DNA of 64,000 nt from Anaerolineae bacterium (GCA_034428955.1 DAOUGZ010000137.1:3277-67276), one strand, 5' to 3'; shown: positions 19,233 through 29,498, numbered from the stretch's first letter. The notes: generated by a model from the sequence alone, not told the origin. Translations and numbers: made by a program.

Positions 19233-19757
19233 CTATCTTTGCTCATTCCTGATATCCTTTCCCTTGCCAAGCAAAGGCGATGACCCTGCCTGCCACACGG
19301 TGATGCAGGGATGCACCCTGGCCACCTCTACGCCGATGGGCGGCACAAAGCCGCAAAAGCCCTTCTGCACCTTGTAGAGGCCAAAGCAATCGACCCCGCC
19401 CAGCACGCAAGAGCCCCCGGCATAATCTCGCCGAGCGAAGCAGGTCAGGCCGCAGCCCCGCGCATCAAAGACCGCCGCCAGGTCGGCCTCGACCGCGCCG
19501 CGCCAGTGGCTCAGGGTCGTTTCGAGCACCGCTTGCAGCAGCCCGGCCAACTCGGCCATAGGCAGGCCGCCGCTATCTACGATCAGCGTCAGGTCCACGT
19601 CCGAATCGGGACGGTGGCCCCCGGCCAAGCCGCGCGAGCCGGAGAGCACGACGCGGGTCACGGCGGGGTGCAGCGTCAGGTTGGCGCGCTGCAGCAGGTC
19701 GTACGTATCGGGCCGCAGGGCCCGCAGTTCCTCGCTGAGTATGAGCGATACGGTCAC
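19233..19757 (-). CDS. small Pol-beta superfamily nucleotidyltransferase domain protein with a Cys-rich C-terminus
   Basis: GS...DxD motif LSGSRGLAGGHRPDSDVDLTLIV. The GTG start at 19757 is preceded by aagaggagg and forms a GTGA overlap with the CPBP stop. Confidence 0.5.
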   Translation of the reverse strand: MTVSLILSEELRALRPDTYDLLQRANLTLHPAVTRVVLSGSRGLAGGHRPDSDVDLTLIVDSGGLPMAELAGLLQAVLETTLSHWRGAVEADLAAVFDARGCGLTCFARRDYAGGSCVLGGVDCFGLYKVQKGFCGFVPPIGVEVARVHPCITVWQAGSSPLLGKGKDIRNEQR

Positions 19758-20560
19758 AAAGCCTCCTCTTCGATCCGTGAGCAGCCCGTCTGCCGGCTGC
19801 GTCTGCGGTGGTAGCGCCCTGCCAGCCACACCAGCACCAGCATAGCGATCAGCACCTCGGCAAAGCCCAGGGCCGAGAGCAGGGGCAACGCCAGCCCGTC
19901 CTTGATCAGCGTGACCATCTGCCCCATCGGCTGGAAGAGCGGCCAGAGGACAAAGACGCTCTTGGTCAGGCGAAAGGCGACCGCGTAGAGGATGCCGATA
20001 AAGAACAAAAAGACCATCTCGCCGACCGGCATGCCGTAGCCGATGTGGTAGGCGGCATACAGCACCGACCCCAACAAAATGGCCGGCAGCAGCCCGAACG
20101 CTTCCTCCAGGCGCAGCAGCACCCAGCCCCGCCAAAACAGCGCCTCAAAGAAGCCGATGGCCAGGGAGAGCGCCAGTAGGGGGACGAGCGTCTCGTCGGG
20201 CGGTAGCGCCGTCTTGGCCAGCGTCGCGCTGAATTGCAGCGCGGCGAACACGACCTGCAACACCAGGCTCAGCGCCAGGCCGCGCGTCGTCAGCCCCAGG
20301 TCGGCGAGGGGCCGGCCGCGCACGACGACCATCCAGCCAAGCGGGAGGCCCACACCGAAAATCAGCGCCCCCAGGACGGCATAGAGCCCAAAGTAGGCCA
20401 TCCCGCCCGCGGCTTCCGGGCCGGCCCAGTTCGTCGCCGCGTACAGCGCACCCACCACCAGCAGCCAGGAGAGCCCCACAACAGCCAGGTCCTTGGAGGG
20501 CCGGCAGCGGAGCGTGAACACCTCTTGCAGAGCGGATTTGATTGCTGGAGACATCATCAA
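19754..20560 (-). CDS. CPBP (CAAX / Abi) family intramembrane metalloprotease
   Basis: Multi-TM protein with FEALFWRGW (EExxxR-like motif 1), AAYHIGYG (FxxxH) and C-terminal motif-3 helices. Confidence 0.7.
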   Translation of the reverse strand: MMMSPAIKSALQEVFTLRCRPSKDLAVVGLSWLLVVGALYAATNWAGPEAAGGMAYFGLYAVLGALIFGVGLPLGWMVVVRGRPLADLGLTTRGLALSLVLQVVFAALQFSATLAKTALPPDETLVPLLALSLAIGFFEALFWRGWVLLRLEEAFGLLPAILLGSVLYAAYHIGYGMPVGEMVFLFFIGILYAVAFRLTKSVFVLWPLFQPMGQMVTLIKDGLALPLLSALGFAEVLIAMLVLVWLAGRYHRRRSRQTGCSRIEEEAL

Positions 20561-20932
20561 CGGTTCCTTTCGCCACGGTATGCGCCATCTGCCTCGGGCC
20601 GGACGGCATTGTCGTCCGGCGGTCTCAGTATAGCAATAGTCCGCGCCCCGGTCACCGGCCCGCAGGCGAGTATCGACGCTGACCGCCCGGCCCGTTTACA
20701 ACCCGGCCGGATGGCCGGGTTGGCGGAGCCGTCCTGTTTGACCCCTCGCCTATGTCGCTGTACAATGTTCGCAATTTCAGGCGGTGTGCGCGTTCGCGCC
20801 GGCGCCCGGTCTATCCGTAGCCGGCCAGGCCTGCCATGGGTTCCCCAAGCCGTTCACGTATAGAGCCGGCTCTCCTCCCCGGCCGGCCCAAGCGCCTGGC
20901 CGCCGGCCTCAGCGAGGCTCAGCTTGCCTGCT

Positions 20933-22192
20933 ATGAGAGCATCACGCGCCTATCCCGTCTATCTCGTCCTGCAGGGGGCCGACGCCCTCTTCCGGACCAT
21001 GATCTACACCGTGCTGGCGGTGTACTATGTGCAGAGGGCCGGGCTCAACCCTCTGCAACTCGTGCTCGTCGGCACGGTCCTGGAGGCCACCTGCTTCCTC
21101 TTCGAGGTGCCCACCGGCATCGTCGCCGACACTTACAGCCGGCGCCTCTCGGTCATCATCGGCCTCTTCCTCGTGGGCCTCTGCTTCGTCCTCGAGGGCC
21201 TGATACCCTTCTTTGCCGCCATCCTCCTGGCCGAGGTCATTCGCGGCATCGGGGAGACGTTCATCTCCGGCGCGCTGGAAGCCTGGATTGCCGATGAGGT
21301 AGGCGAGGAGCGGGCCGGTGCGGCCTTCCTGCGCGGCGCGCAGGTCAGCCAGGCTGCTGGGCTGGCCGGCATCCTCCTCGGCGCCGGCCTGGCCACGCTG
21401 CGGCTGAACCTGCCCGTGCTCCTCGGCGGCGCATCGCTCATCCTTCTCGGCCTCGGGCTCATCGCCGTCATGCCCGAGCAGGGCTTCCGGCCCACCCCGC
21501 GCGGCGAGCGTACCTCCTGGCTGGCCCTGTTCGGCACGATGCGCGAGGGTATGCAACTCGTGCGCCAGCGCCCACTCGTGCTCACCATCCTGGGTATTGC
21601 CGTCATCAGTGGGGCCTTTAGCGAGGGCCTTGATCGCCTGTGGGAGGCGCACTTCCTGGCCAATGTATCCTTCCCGGCCTTCGCGTCCCTGCCGCCTGTG
21701 GCCTGGTTCGGCATCCTCGGCGCCGGGGCCACTCTCCTCGGCCTGGCGACTGCCGAGGTCGCCCGCCGCCGGCTTGATACCAACAGCCATGCCGCGGTCG
21801 CCCACACGCTCCTCGCCACCAACGCTCTCCTCAGCGCCGCCGTGGTTGCCTTTGGGCTGGCCGCCGGCTTTCCCCTCGCTGCCGGCACCTACTGGCTCGT
21901 GGGCATCCTGCGCACCATCCACGGCCCCCTCTCCGCCGCCTGGCTGAATCAGAACGTCGACTCGCGGGTGCGCGCTACCCTCTTCTCCCTCCACGGCCAG
22001 GCCGATGCCCTGGGCCAACTCGGCGTCGGGCCGGTCATTGGCGCCATCGGCACTGCCTTCTCCCTGCGCACCGCCATCGTCGTCGCCGGCCTCCTGCTCG
22101 CCCCGGCGCTGCCCCTCTACGGCTGGGCGCTGCGCCAGGGTGGGGCCACGCCCCTTGTCGCGGCCGAGCCCGAGGCGCCCGCAGCGGAGTGA
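20933..22192 (+). CDS. MFS transporter
   Basis: 12-TM topology and MFS-type loops. An ATG at 20933 is preferred over the TTG at 20924. Confidence 0.75.
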   Translation: MRASRAYPVYLVLQGADALFRTMIYTVLAVYYVQRAGLNPLQLVLVGTVLEATCFLFEVPTGIVADTYSRRLSVIIGLFLVGLCFVLEGLIPFFAAILLAEVIRGIGETFISGALEAWIADEVGEERAGAAFLRGAQVSQAAGLAGILLGAGLATLRLNLPVLLGGASLILLGLGLIAVMPEQGFRPTPRGERTSWLALFGTMREGMQLVRQRPLVLTILGIAVISGAFSEGLDRLWEAHFLANVSFPAFASLPPVAWFGILGAGATLLGLATAEVARRRLDTNSHAAVAHTLLATNALLSAAVVAFGLAAGFPLAAGTYWLVGILRTIHGPLSAAWLNQNVDSRVRATLFSLHGQADALGQLGVGPVIGAIGTAFSLRTAIVVAGLLLAPALPLYGWALRQGGATPLVAAEPEAPAAE

Positions 22193-22443
22193 TGGAGCGT
22201 CCGGCTGTGAGCTGGCCCTGCCACCGCCTGAGAAAAACCTCTCGTTCCCGCTCAGAGCCTCTCCAAAGCCACGGCCCGTCATCCTGAGCGGGTCTGCTGG
22301 CGTTTCGCCATGGCGATCGCTACACCGCGAAGGATCCCTGCGCGTGATGGGGCGCTTTGCTTCAGTCCGTTGATTGCCCATGCGATGGATCCTTGCCCAC
22401 TCATCATGACATAACTCCGGCCCTGGGTTGCCACCCGATTCGC

Positions 22444-22472
22444 TTGACCCCTCAACTACCGCGCTGTAGAAT
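22444..22472 (+). promoter_or_regulatory. sigma70-like promoter TTGACC-N17-TAGAAT
   Basis: cgcTTGACCcctcaactaccgcgctgTAGAATaacc, about 70 nt upstream of the 22539 ORF, in a locally lower-GC stretch. Confidence 0.45.
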
Positions 22473-22538
22473 AACCGCAAGTTCAACACTCTTCTGGTGT
22501 TGCTCATGAGGCCAATGGCATAGATTGGTAGAGCATGA

Positions 22539-23075
22539 ATGAGGGAGGAGACTGTGTCCTTTGAGCCGGGTGGCCGGGCAGACAAACTGGGGAACCGCTA
22601 TGAAGGCCAATGGGTAGCCCTGCAACTGCTCCGTCTTATCGATGAGAAGATTGCGTCCGTCACGGTTGAGGACATTGGAGATGACGAGCAGGGCGTTGAC
22701 TTGTGGGTTGCGCTCAAGGACGGCCGGCGGCAGGCACAGCAGTGCAAGGCGCGTAACGGAAGCAAGGAGTCCTGGTCAGTCAGCGACCTTCGAGCGAGAG
22801 GCGTTCTCGGTCACCTGCGCGATAAACTCGATCGAGATCCGCATACCGAGTTCGTCTTTGTGAGTGGTCTGCCGGCGACTGGCTTTGGTGACATATGCAA
22901 GAGCGCTCGCAACTCCCCAGGTTACGAGGAGTTCTTTCTGCATCAGGTACAGCCGCAGGGACGCGGCGTCCGACAAGAGCTAGTGTGGCGGTTCTGTGAT
23001 GCTCTAGGCCTTGACGCCGTGGTGGGCGCATCAACCTCCGAACCAGCCGGCCAGGTATGTCCCCCGCCTCGGTAG
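22539..23075 (+). CDS. Cap4/DUF4297-like PD-(D/E)xK nuclease domain protein, probably truncated (possible pseudogene)
   Basis: GNRYEGQWVALQLLRLI followed by VTVEDIGDDE...VDLWV...AQQCKAR fits the DUF4297 pattern (G-x-aromatic-x-Q/E, helix, E-D-I, QxK). The ORF ends in a low-complexity PPPR tail. The RBS gagggagg overlaps the start. Confidence 0.45.
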   Translation: MREETVSFEPGGRADKLGNRYEGQWVALQLLRLIDEKIASVTVEDIGDDEQGVDLWVALKDGRRQAQQCKARNGSKESWSVSDLRARGVLGHLRDKLDRDPHTEFVFVSGLPATGFGDICKSARNSPGYEEFFLHQVQPQGRGVRQELVWRFCDALGLDAVVGASTSEPAGQVCPPPR

Positions 23076-23360
23076 ACGGCCGGCGCGCCTTCCCCTGGGA
23101 CCCGGTCTACTCCGCCCCAAGCACGGCGTGCCCGGCGATGACGTCCGCACTGAGGATCTCTCGCGTGGCCGGGTCCTCGGCGTGGCCACTATCGACAGTA
23201 TGGCACGCATAGTGCGCGTGTTTGCGCTTACCTCTGCGTCTGAGAATCGAACTGAGGGAACTGTGGTCGCAGTTCCCTCAGTTCCGTCAGCTACTACGGA
23301 GTCGCGCGAAGAGTTCTTACGAACCCCGATGTCTTGGGTCTGCAAGCTCTGGCCGTGAAG

Positions 23361-25229
23361 CTACAGGCCCAGATCCCAGAGAATCTCTTCCCCATCCTCG
23401 GCTGTGTACCGCAGCTTGAGCCCGGTGAGCGCCGCCTCCTCGATCAGGATGACGAGGAGCCTGTCTTGCAGGGTGTCGCCGGGCTTCAGAAAGCCGTACT
23501 CAAGCACGTGGGGGCTGATCTCGTCCCACACGGAGGGAGCGTTCCACAGAGCGTTGTGGATCTCGCCCGTCTCCAGGACAAAGTCAAACCTCTGCGGGTC
23601 GACCTCGGCGTCTTGGCGGCCCACATTTTCGATCGTCACGTAGACCGTGAGCCAGGTCTGGCCTTCGCCGGCCTCGAAATCCTCCGGTCCGGACGCCGTC
23701 CCCCATCCGTTCAGCGTGATGGCCAGGTCCCCTACTTCGACCTGGTCCCCAAGCTCGTAGGCGCCGGCAGGCTCGCTCGTGGACGTGGGCTTGGCGCCCC
23801 CCTCACCTGGCGTGCCGGCAGTTATCATGGCGGGCTCGGCGACTGCCAGCTCGCCGAGGTCGATGGTCACCGCCTCACGGGCCAGCGGCTTGGGCGAGTC
23901 ATTGTCCATTGTCGCCGGGTCGAGGGGGTTGAACTCGAGCGTGAGGCCGCTGGTCTCCCGCGGGCCCTTGAAAACGAGCACGCCGCGCTGGTTGTAGGGG
24001 CCCAGCTTGAGCGTGAGCCAGTCGGCCGTGTATTCCTGCAGCTCGTAGCGCTCCCCGCCGGCGCCCATCAGCGCCAGTTCCCGAGCCGGGTCCAGGGGCC
24101 GCGCGTCGCCGGAGGTCGGGGCGAAGAGGTGGACGATCACAAACTGCTCGTCGGGCTCAAGCTCCCGCCCGGCGCCCAGCGCTTCCTGCCGCGCCCACGC
24201 GCTCTGCACCTGGAGCGAGACGCCGCGTTTCGGCGCCTCGAAGCTGTCTCCCACCGAGTACGTCTCGCCGGCCTCCAGGGCCTCGGCGCCAACCGGCAGG
24301 GCGGGAAAGTCGCCCCGCAGGCCCAGCGGGACCAAGACAGTCGGCTGCACCTCGTTGTTGAACATCAGGTACGTGGCGCCCAGATAGGTCTGGAAGCCAA
24401 AGGCGAGCTGCTTGGCGCTCTTGGGTACCATGAACGCCGCCGTACCCCTCGCGGCCTCGCCCGGCTCCAGCGCGGCGCTCCAGTAGGTGGTGATGCCGGC
24501 CTCCAGCATCTTTTGCTGTAGCTCGGCCGCCATCGCCGTCATGTGCTCGGCGCCGCCGGTGCCTGCCCAGTACAGGGTATACCAGAACGGGGAGTACCAG
24601 TGCCCGTCGCCGCTGACGATTTCCATGCACGGGTCCATGGCGACCAACTGCCTCTCGTCGCCGGCGTTGCCCACAATGACGTCGACGAGGACGAACTCGT
24701 TGTTGGCATCGGCTTCCCTCGTCTCCACGCCCAGCACCTGGACGATGACGCCTTCAGCCTGCTCCACCACGTCGCCGATCTCCGGCAACTGGGTGCGATC
24801 GTAGGGCACGACACCCTCCGGCATCGGCACGCTTTCGGCGGTGTACTCCACGCCATCCACCATGCCGACTTGGATGGAGGCCGTCATAGTAAAGGTCGAC
24901 TCGTACGAGATTACGCCATCGTCCCCCACGTTGTGGATTACAATGTCCTGCGTGATCGTCTGCGAGGCCGAGACGGTCGGGGTGGGTGAGGCCGGTGGCT
25001 GGGTCGGAGCCGGTTCGACCGGCGTCTCGCTGGATTCTGGGGTGGCCGTCTTCGCGGGGATGGTCGCGGTGGCGGGGGGCGCCGTAGCCGTGGGCTCCTC
25101 CACGACCTCCGGCGTCAGGTTGCCGATGGATATCTCCTTGCCGATGCTAAAGCTGCAGCCCAGCATCGGGTTCAGCAGCAGTGTGCCGAGCAAGCCAAGG
25201 AGAACGATTGCGCGCCCGTACCTGGCCAT
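23361..25229 (-). CDS. large secreted lipoprotein with repeated DUF4352-like beta-sandwich domains
   Basis: Signal MARYGRAIVLLGLLGTLLLNPMLGC (lipobox), a PT-rich linker, then two to three repeated domains of the FVLVDVIVGNAG / TWLTVYVTIENVG type. Confidence 0.6.
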   Translation of the reverse strand: MARYGRAIVLLGLLGTLLLNPMLGCSFSIGKEISIGNLTPEVVEEPTATAPPATATIPAKTATPESSETPVEPAPTQPPASPTPTVSASQTITQDIVIHNVGDDGVISYESTFTMTASIQVGMVDGVEYTAESVPMPEGVVPYDRTQLPEIGDVVEQAEGVIVQVLGVETREADANNEFVLVDVIVGNAGDERQLVAMDPCMEIVSGDGHWYSPFWYTLYWAGTGGAEHMTAMAAELQQKMLEAGITTYWSAALEPGEAARGTAAFMVPKSAKQLAFGFQTYLGATYLMFNNEVQPTVLVPLGLRGDFPALPVGAEALEAGETYSVGDSFEAPKRGVSLQVQSAWARQEALGAGRELEPDEQFVIVHLFAPTSGDARPLDPARELALMGAGGERYELQEYTADWLTLKLGPYNQRGVLVFKGPRETSGLTLEFNPLDPATMDNDSPKPLAREAVTIDLGELAVAEPAMITAGTPGEGGAKPTSTSEPAGAYELGDQVEVGDLAITLNGWGTASGPEDFEAGEGQTWLTVYVTIENVGRQDAEVDPQRFDFVLETGEIHNALWNAPSVWDEISPHVLEYGFLKPGDTLQDRLLVILIEEAALTGLKLRYTAEDGEEILWDLGL

Positions 25230-25477
25230 GTTTGGAGTCCTTTCTGCCGGCTGGTAGCGCTTCACACGGACTCTGGCCGGCCTCGCCGCAAGCGGCACCA
25301 CGGCGTCTACAATGCCTGTATGAAGCAGCGCCATGCACAACCATGATGCATTGGCGCTGCCCATAACTCACAATAAGCATACATTATACACTGATGATAC
25401 TGCGCCTGTCTTGCGTTGTCAAGAACGCCTTCTTGCTCTCTACAAAGCGAACCTCACCGGCGCTGCTCCGTTGGATG

Positions 25478-25507
25478 TTGGACAGGACATGCCGGCTGGA
25501 TTATAAT
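25478..25507 (+). promoter_or_regulatory. sigma70-like promoter TTGGAC-N17-TATAAT for lgt, with a downstream TTGAC-N11-GTCAA palindrome
   Basis: gTTGGACaggacatgccggctggatTATAATc. The palindrome agcgtttgacggattggttgggtcaacgct lies in the 5' UTR. Confidence 0.45.
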
Positions 25508-25580
25508 CTCTCTCGCCGGGCAGCGTTTGACGGATTGGTTGGGTCAACGCTCAGCTTGCGCAGGTTCTTTAGGAGGGATT

Positions 25581-26417
25581 ATGCCGAGTCCAGTGCTCTT
25601 GCAGATCGGCCCCGTGGCGATCTATTGGTATGGGGTGCTGATTGTCACAGGGGTTCTGTCGGCGACGTGGCTGGCAGCCAAACAGGCGCAGTACGTGGGC
25701 GACGATCCCGACCATGCCTGGGATGCGATGTTGCTGTGCCTGGTGCTGGGCGTGGTGGGGGCGCGCCTGTACCATGTCATAGACAAGTGGTCAGAGATCT
25801 ATGCACAGAACCCCCTGAGCATCTTTGGCCTGCAGATGCAGGGTTTTGGCATCTATGGCGCTGTTGCCGGTGGGGCCTTGGGCCTTTGGCTCTATACCTG
25901 GCGGCATAAGCTGAGCTTTTGGCGCTGGGCAGACTTTGCCGCTCCCGGGCTGGCGCTGGCCCAGGCCATCGGCCGCTGGGGGAACTTTTTCAACCAGGAG
26001 CTCTATGGCCGGCCGACGACCCTGCCGTGGGGCATACGTATCGCGGCTGAGCATCGGCTCCAGCAGTATGCGGACCTCTCTCGCTTCCCGGTGGCGACTA
26101 CGCGTTTCCATCCGACCTTTTTATACGAATCGCTCTGGAATCTGCTGGTCTTTGGCGTGCTGTTTCTGATCAGCCGCAAGGCGTCCAAGCGCTTGCTGCA
26201 CGGCGACCTGTTCCTTCTCTATGGGGTGCTCTACCCCCTGGGGCGCTTTTTCGTCGAGTTCCAGCGTCCTGACGCCTGGAAGATCGGTGGCGTGCCGACC
26301 GCGCAATGGGTGGCCATTGCTGCCATTCTCCTCTGCGGCAGTGTGCTCATCTTCCGGCACCAGCGGAGCGGCGCTGCCGTCCTCATTGAGGAAGAGGGGA
26401 TGGCCCAGGAGGGCTAA
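25581..26417 (+). CDS. lgt: prolipoprotein diacylglyceryl transferase
   Basis: IGPVAIYWYGVLI start, conserved Lgt signature region and about 7 TM helices. RBS aggaggg. Confidence 0.85.
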   Translation: MPSPVLLQIGPVAIYWYGVLIVTGVLSATWLAAKQAQYVGDDPDHAWDAMLLCLVLGVVGARLYHVIDKWSEIYAQNPLSIFGLQMQGFGIYGAVAGGALGLWLYTWRHKLSFWRWADFAAPGLALAQAIGRWGNFFNQELYGRPTTLPWGIRIAAEHRLQQYADLSRFPVATTRFHPTFLYESLWNLLVFGVLFLISRKASKRLLHGDLFLLYGVLYPLGRFFVEFQRPDAWKIGGVPTAQWVAIAAILLCGSVLIFRHQRSGAAVLIEEEGMAQEG

Positions 26418-26545
26418 CTCGTCTTCCTCAGCCCCCTCCAACTTGGTCCGCCGGCCCCAAGAGTGTATCCACCGGCCTGCTTCGCAGCGTAGCGTAGCGC
26501 AAGAGGCAGGCCGGTGCGATTCCATGCCCGAAAGGCAATGCCCTC

Positions 26546-27448
26546 ATGTTGCTGGACGTCTTTGTCGACAATATTGTGCCGACGCTTCTGGTTATTGCAG
26601 CCGGCTACCTGCTGGACAGGCTGATCGGCGTGGACTTGCGCACGCTCTCGCGGGTGGCCATCTATGTCTTTACGCCGGCCCTGATCGCCGGCTCGATGAT
26701 CGACACGGACCTGGCCGGCGGCGAACTGGGCCGCATTGCATTGTTCACCCTGGCCTCTATCGCGCTGGCCTGGCTGCTCAGCCTGGCCGTGATCCGGCTG
26801 CTGCGTTTTGACGCGCAACAGGCCAATGCCTTTATGCTCAGCACTCTCTTCAACAACTGCGGCAACTATGGCCTGGCTGTGGTCTATTTCGCCTATGGCC
26901 AAGCGGGGCTGGAGCGTGGTCTGGTGTTTTTCGTCACCAGTGCCTTGTTGACACATACGCTGGCCGTGTACTTTGCCTCGCGTGGCAAGTTTGATGCTCG
27001 CCAGTCGTTGCTCAACATCTTTCGCTTGCCCCTCGTCTATGCCCTCGCGGCCGCACTGTTGGTGCGGCTGCTGGGCATTACCGTGCCCGAGCCGTTGATG
27101 CGCGCTATCGACCTGCCGCGGGCGGGTGCGATCCCGATTATGCAGTTGTTGCTGGGCGCCCAGTTGGCCCGCACATCGCGGCAGGTTGACGTGCGCTTTG
27201 TGGGCAGCGCCGTGGCGGCGCGCCTGGTGGGCGGCGCCGTCACCGCTCTGGGCCTGAGTGCGCTCATGGGCTTGCAGGGGGTGGCGCGCAATGCCGGCGT
27301 GGTACAGGCCAGCATGCCCACCGCCGTAACCGTCGTTGCCCTCTCCATCGAGTTCGGCTCCGCTGCCGAACAGGTCGGCAGCGTTGTCTTCTTTTCGACG
27401 CTGGCCAGCGCCCTCACGCTGACCCTGTTGATCGCCTTCTTGGGCTGA
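26546..27448 (+). CDS. AEC (auxin efflux carrier / malate permease) family transporter
   Basis: A 300-aa, 10-TM protein with the two-repeat AEC topology. Confidence 0.75.
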   Translation: MLLDVFVDNIVPTLLVIAAGYLLDRLIGVDLRTLSRVAIYVFTPALIAGSMIDTDLAGGELGRIALFTLASIALAWLLSLAVIRLLRFDAQQANAFMLSTLFNNCGNYGLAVVYFAYGQAGLERGLVFFVTSALLTHTLAVYFASRGKFDARQSLLNIFRLPLVYALAAALLVRLLGITVPEPLMRAIDLPRAGAIPIMQLLLGAQLARTSRQVDVRFVGSAVAARLVGGAVTALGLSALMGLQGVARNAGVVQASMPTAVTVVALSIEFGSAAEQVGSVVFFSTLASALTLTLLIAFLG

Positions 27449-27554
27449 ATCCCGTTGCTCTTATCGCCGGATTATGCTAAGATAATTATAGAGTGTTATG
27501 CAGAAAGGGCCGGAGGCCCTCTGCATTGCGCACCCAGTTGGGAGGGGAGTGCGG

Positions 27555-28172
27555 ATGGTATCAACCGATGTGCCGGAGATCGTTGTTCGTCGTCTACCGC
27601 TGTATCTGCGGGCCCTGACGACTCTGGCGGAGGCTAACCATCTCGTTACCTCATCGCAGGAGCTGGCCGAGATGCTGGGCATTAGCTCGGCGCAGATTCG
27701 CAAGGACCTCTCCTTCTTTGGCGAGTTCGGCAAGCAGGGGCTGGGCTACGAGGTGGCCTACCTGCGCGACCAGTTGCAGCGCATCCTGCACCTGGACCGT
27801 CAGTGGGATATGGTCCTGGTGGGCGCGGGGGACCTGGGCCACGCTGTGGTCAACTATCCGGGCTTTGCGCGCTGGGATTGCCGGGTGGTGGCGCTCTTTG
27901 ACAACGACCCCGCCAAGATCGGTAGGACGGTGGCCGGGCTGGAGGTGCGCGATGTCGCCGAGCTGGAGGAGGCGGTGCGCCGCCTTGGGGTGCAGATCGG
28001 GGTGATCGCCGTCCCGGCGGAGCACGCGCAAGAGGTCGCCGAGCGGCTGGTGCGGGCGGGGGTGCGGGCTATCCTGAACTATGCCCCCGCCAACCTGAAC
28101 CTGCCCGATGGCGTGCGCGTGCACGCCATCGATCCGATAGCCGGGCTGCAGGCGATGACGTATTACCTCTGA
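27555..28172 (+). CDS. rex: redox-sensing transcriptional repressor Rex
   Basis: N-terminal wHTH RRLPLYLRAL, then the Rossmann NADH-binding VLVGAGDLGHAV. Confidence 0.85.
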   Translation: MVSTDVPEIVVRRLPLYLRALTTLAEANHLVTSSQELAEMLGISSAQIRKDLSFFGEFGKQGLGYEVAYLRDQLQRILHLDRQWDMVLVGAGDLGHAVVNYPGFARWDCRVVALFDNDPAKIGRTVAGLEVRDVAELEEAVRRLGVQIGVIAVPAEHAQEVAERLVRAGVRAILNYAPANLNLPDGVRVHAIDPIAGLQAMTYYL

Positions 28173-28342
28173 GCAATCTTGCCGGAGCCTCAGGGCGGCC
28201 GTGCCTCGGGCTCGCCCGGCTCAAAGGCCCCGATGGGGCGAGGCCTGGAGCTTGCGCCGGTCTGCCGGCGTGCAAGCCGCTTGGGCCAAGGGAAGGCCCC
28301 AAAGGAATCGCTTCATCCGGCAGGCTGGGTTTACAAACGCGC

Positions 28343-29344
28343 CTAGTCCCCCGGTAGGGTGCGCCGGAGGATGTCGATCATGTCCAGCGCCTTGCCGGCG
28401 CCGAGGGCCACACAGGCGACTGGGTTCTCGGCTACGTGGCAGGGGACGCCGGTGTGCCTGGTCAGGAAGCGGTCGATGTTGCGCAGGAGCGAGCCGCCGC
28501 CGGTCATGACCATGCCCCGATCGATGATGTCTGAGGCGAGTTCGGGTGGCGTCTTTTCCAGCACAGAGCGCACGGTGTGGACGATGGCTGCCAGCGGCTC
28601 GGCGATGGCTTCGGTGACCTCGGAAGAAGTCACCTTGATCGTCCGCGGCAGGCCGGCGACCTGGTCGCGGCCGCGGACCTCCATGGTCATTTCCTGCTCC
28701 AGGGGCAGCGCGCTGCCGATGGCAATCTTGATCTCTTCGGCCGTCTGATCGCCGATGAGGAGATTGTACTTGCGGCGGATAAAGGCGGCCACGGCATCGT
28801 CGAACTTGCAGCCGCCGGAGCGCACCGAACTGGAGACTACGATGCCGTTTACCGCGATGACGGCTGCCTCGCACGTCCCTCCGCCAATGTCCACGATCAT
28901 GTTGCCGGCAGGTGTCCCCACGGGCAAGCCGGCTCCAATCGCCGCCGCCAGAGGCTCTGGGATCAAAAAGGCCTCGCGCGCACCGGCCTGCAGGCTGGCA
29001 TCGTGCACGGCGCGGCCCTCTACGCTCGTCACACCCACCGGCACGCTGACCATTACGGTCGGCTTGAAGTGGATGCGGCCGCAGACCTTGCGGATAAAGT
29101 GGTGCAGCATCTTCTCGGTGACGAGGTAATCAGCGATGACGCCTTCGCGCATCGGCCGGGCGACTTCGATGGTTTCCGGAGTGCGGCCGAGCATGCTGTG
29201 GGCCTCGTTTCCCACGGCCATGACGCGGCTGTCGCGCACCGAGATGGCAACCACCGAGGGTTCCTGCAGGACAATTCCTTTACCGCGAACGTAGACCAGG
29301 ACGCTGACCGTCCCCAAGTCTATTCCGATCTGCCGACCGAACAT
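28343..29344 (-). CDS. mreB: rod shape-determining actin homolog MreB
   Basis: [29 protein letters not shown] together with phosphate-1/2 and adenosine motifs. RBS gggggagga. Confidence 0.85.
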   Translation of the reverse strand: MFGRQIGIDLGTVSVLVYVRGKGIVLQEPSVVAISVRDSRVMAVGNEAHSMLGRTPETIEVARPMREGVIADYLVTEKMLHHFIRKVCGRIHFKPTVMVSVPVGVTSVEGRAVHDASLQAGAREAFLIPEPLAAAIGAGLPVGTPAGNMIVDIGGGTCEAAVIAVNGIVVSSSVRSGGCKFDDAVAAFIRRKYNLLIGDQTAEEIKIAIGSALPLEQEMTMEVRGRDQVAGLPRTIKVTSSEVTEAIAEPLAAIVHTVRSVLEKTPPELASDIIDRGMVMTGGGSLLRNIDRFLTRHTGVPCHVAENPVACVALGAGKALDMIDILRRTLPGD

Positions 29345-29498
29345 CCGTCCTCCCCCATTAGTGGCTGGGCGCATTGATCAGGATGGCCACATCGTGTCTC
29401 TAGCCGGTTGGCGGCGGCCATCAAAAATCTCTGCAGGCCACAATCGGGGCCACAAGGACCGTTCCACCATGCCAGAGCCGTATGTATTGCGGTGAATG

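Noticed and set aside
19233-19757. The small nucleotidyltransferase as a CBASS CD-NTase
   Set aside because: At about 174 aa it is far too short for a cGAS/DncV-like cyclase, and it lacks the second half of the fold. It is more consistent with a minimal Pol-beta NTase.
23011-23358. ORF 23011..23358 as a frameshifted continuation of the DUF4297-like gene
   Set aside because: Its translation is low-complexity with no nuclease, SAVED or other recognisable motif. It was kept only as a region to test by TBLASTN.
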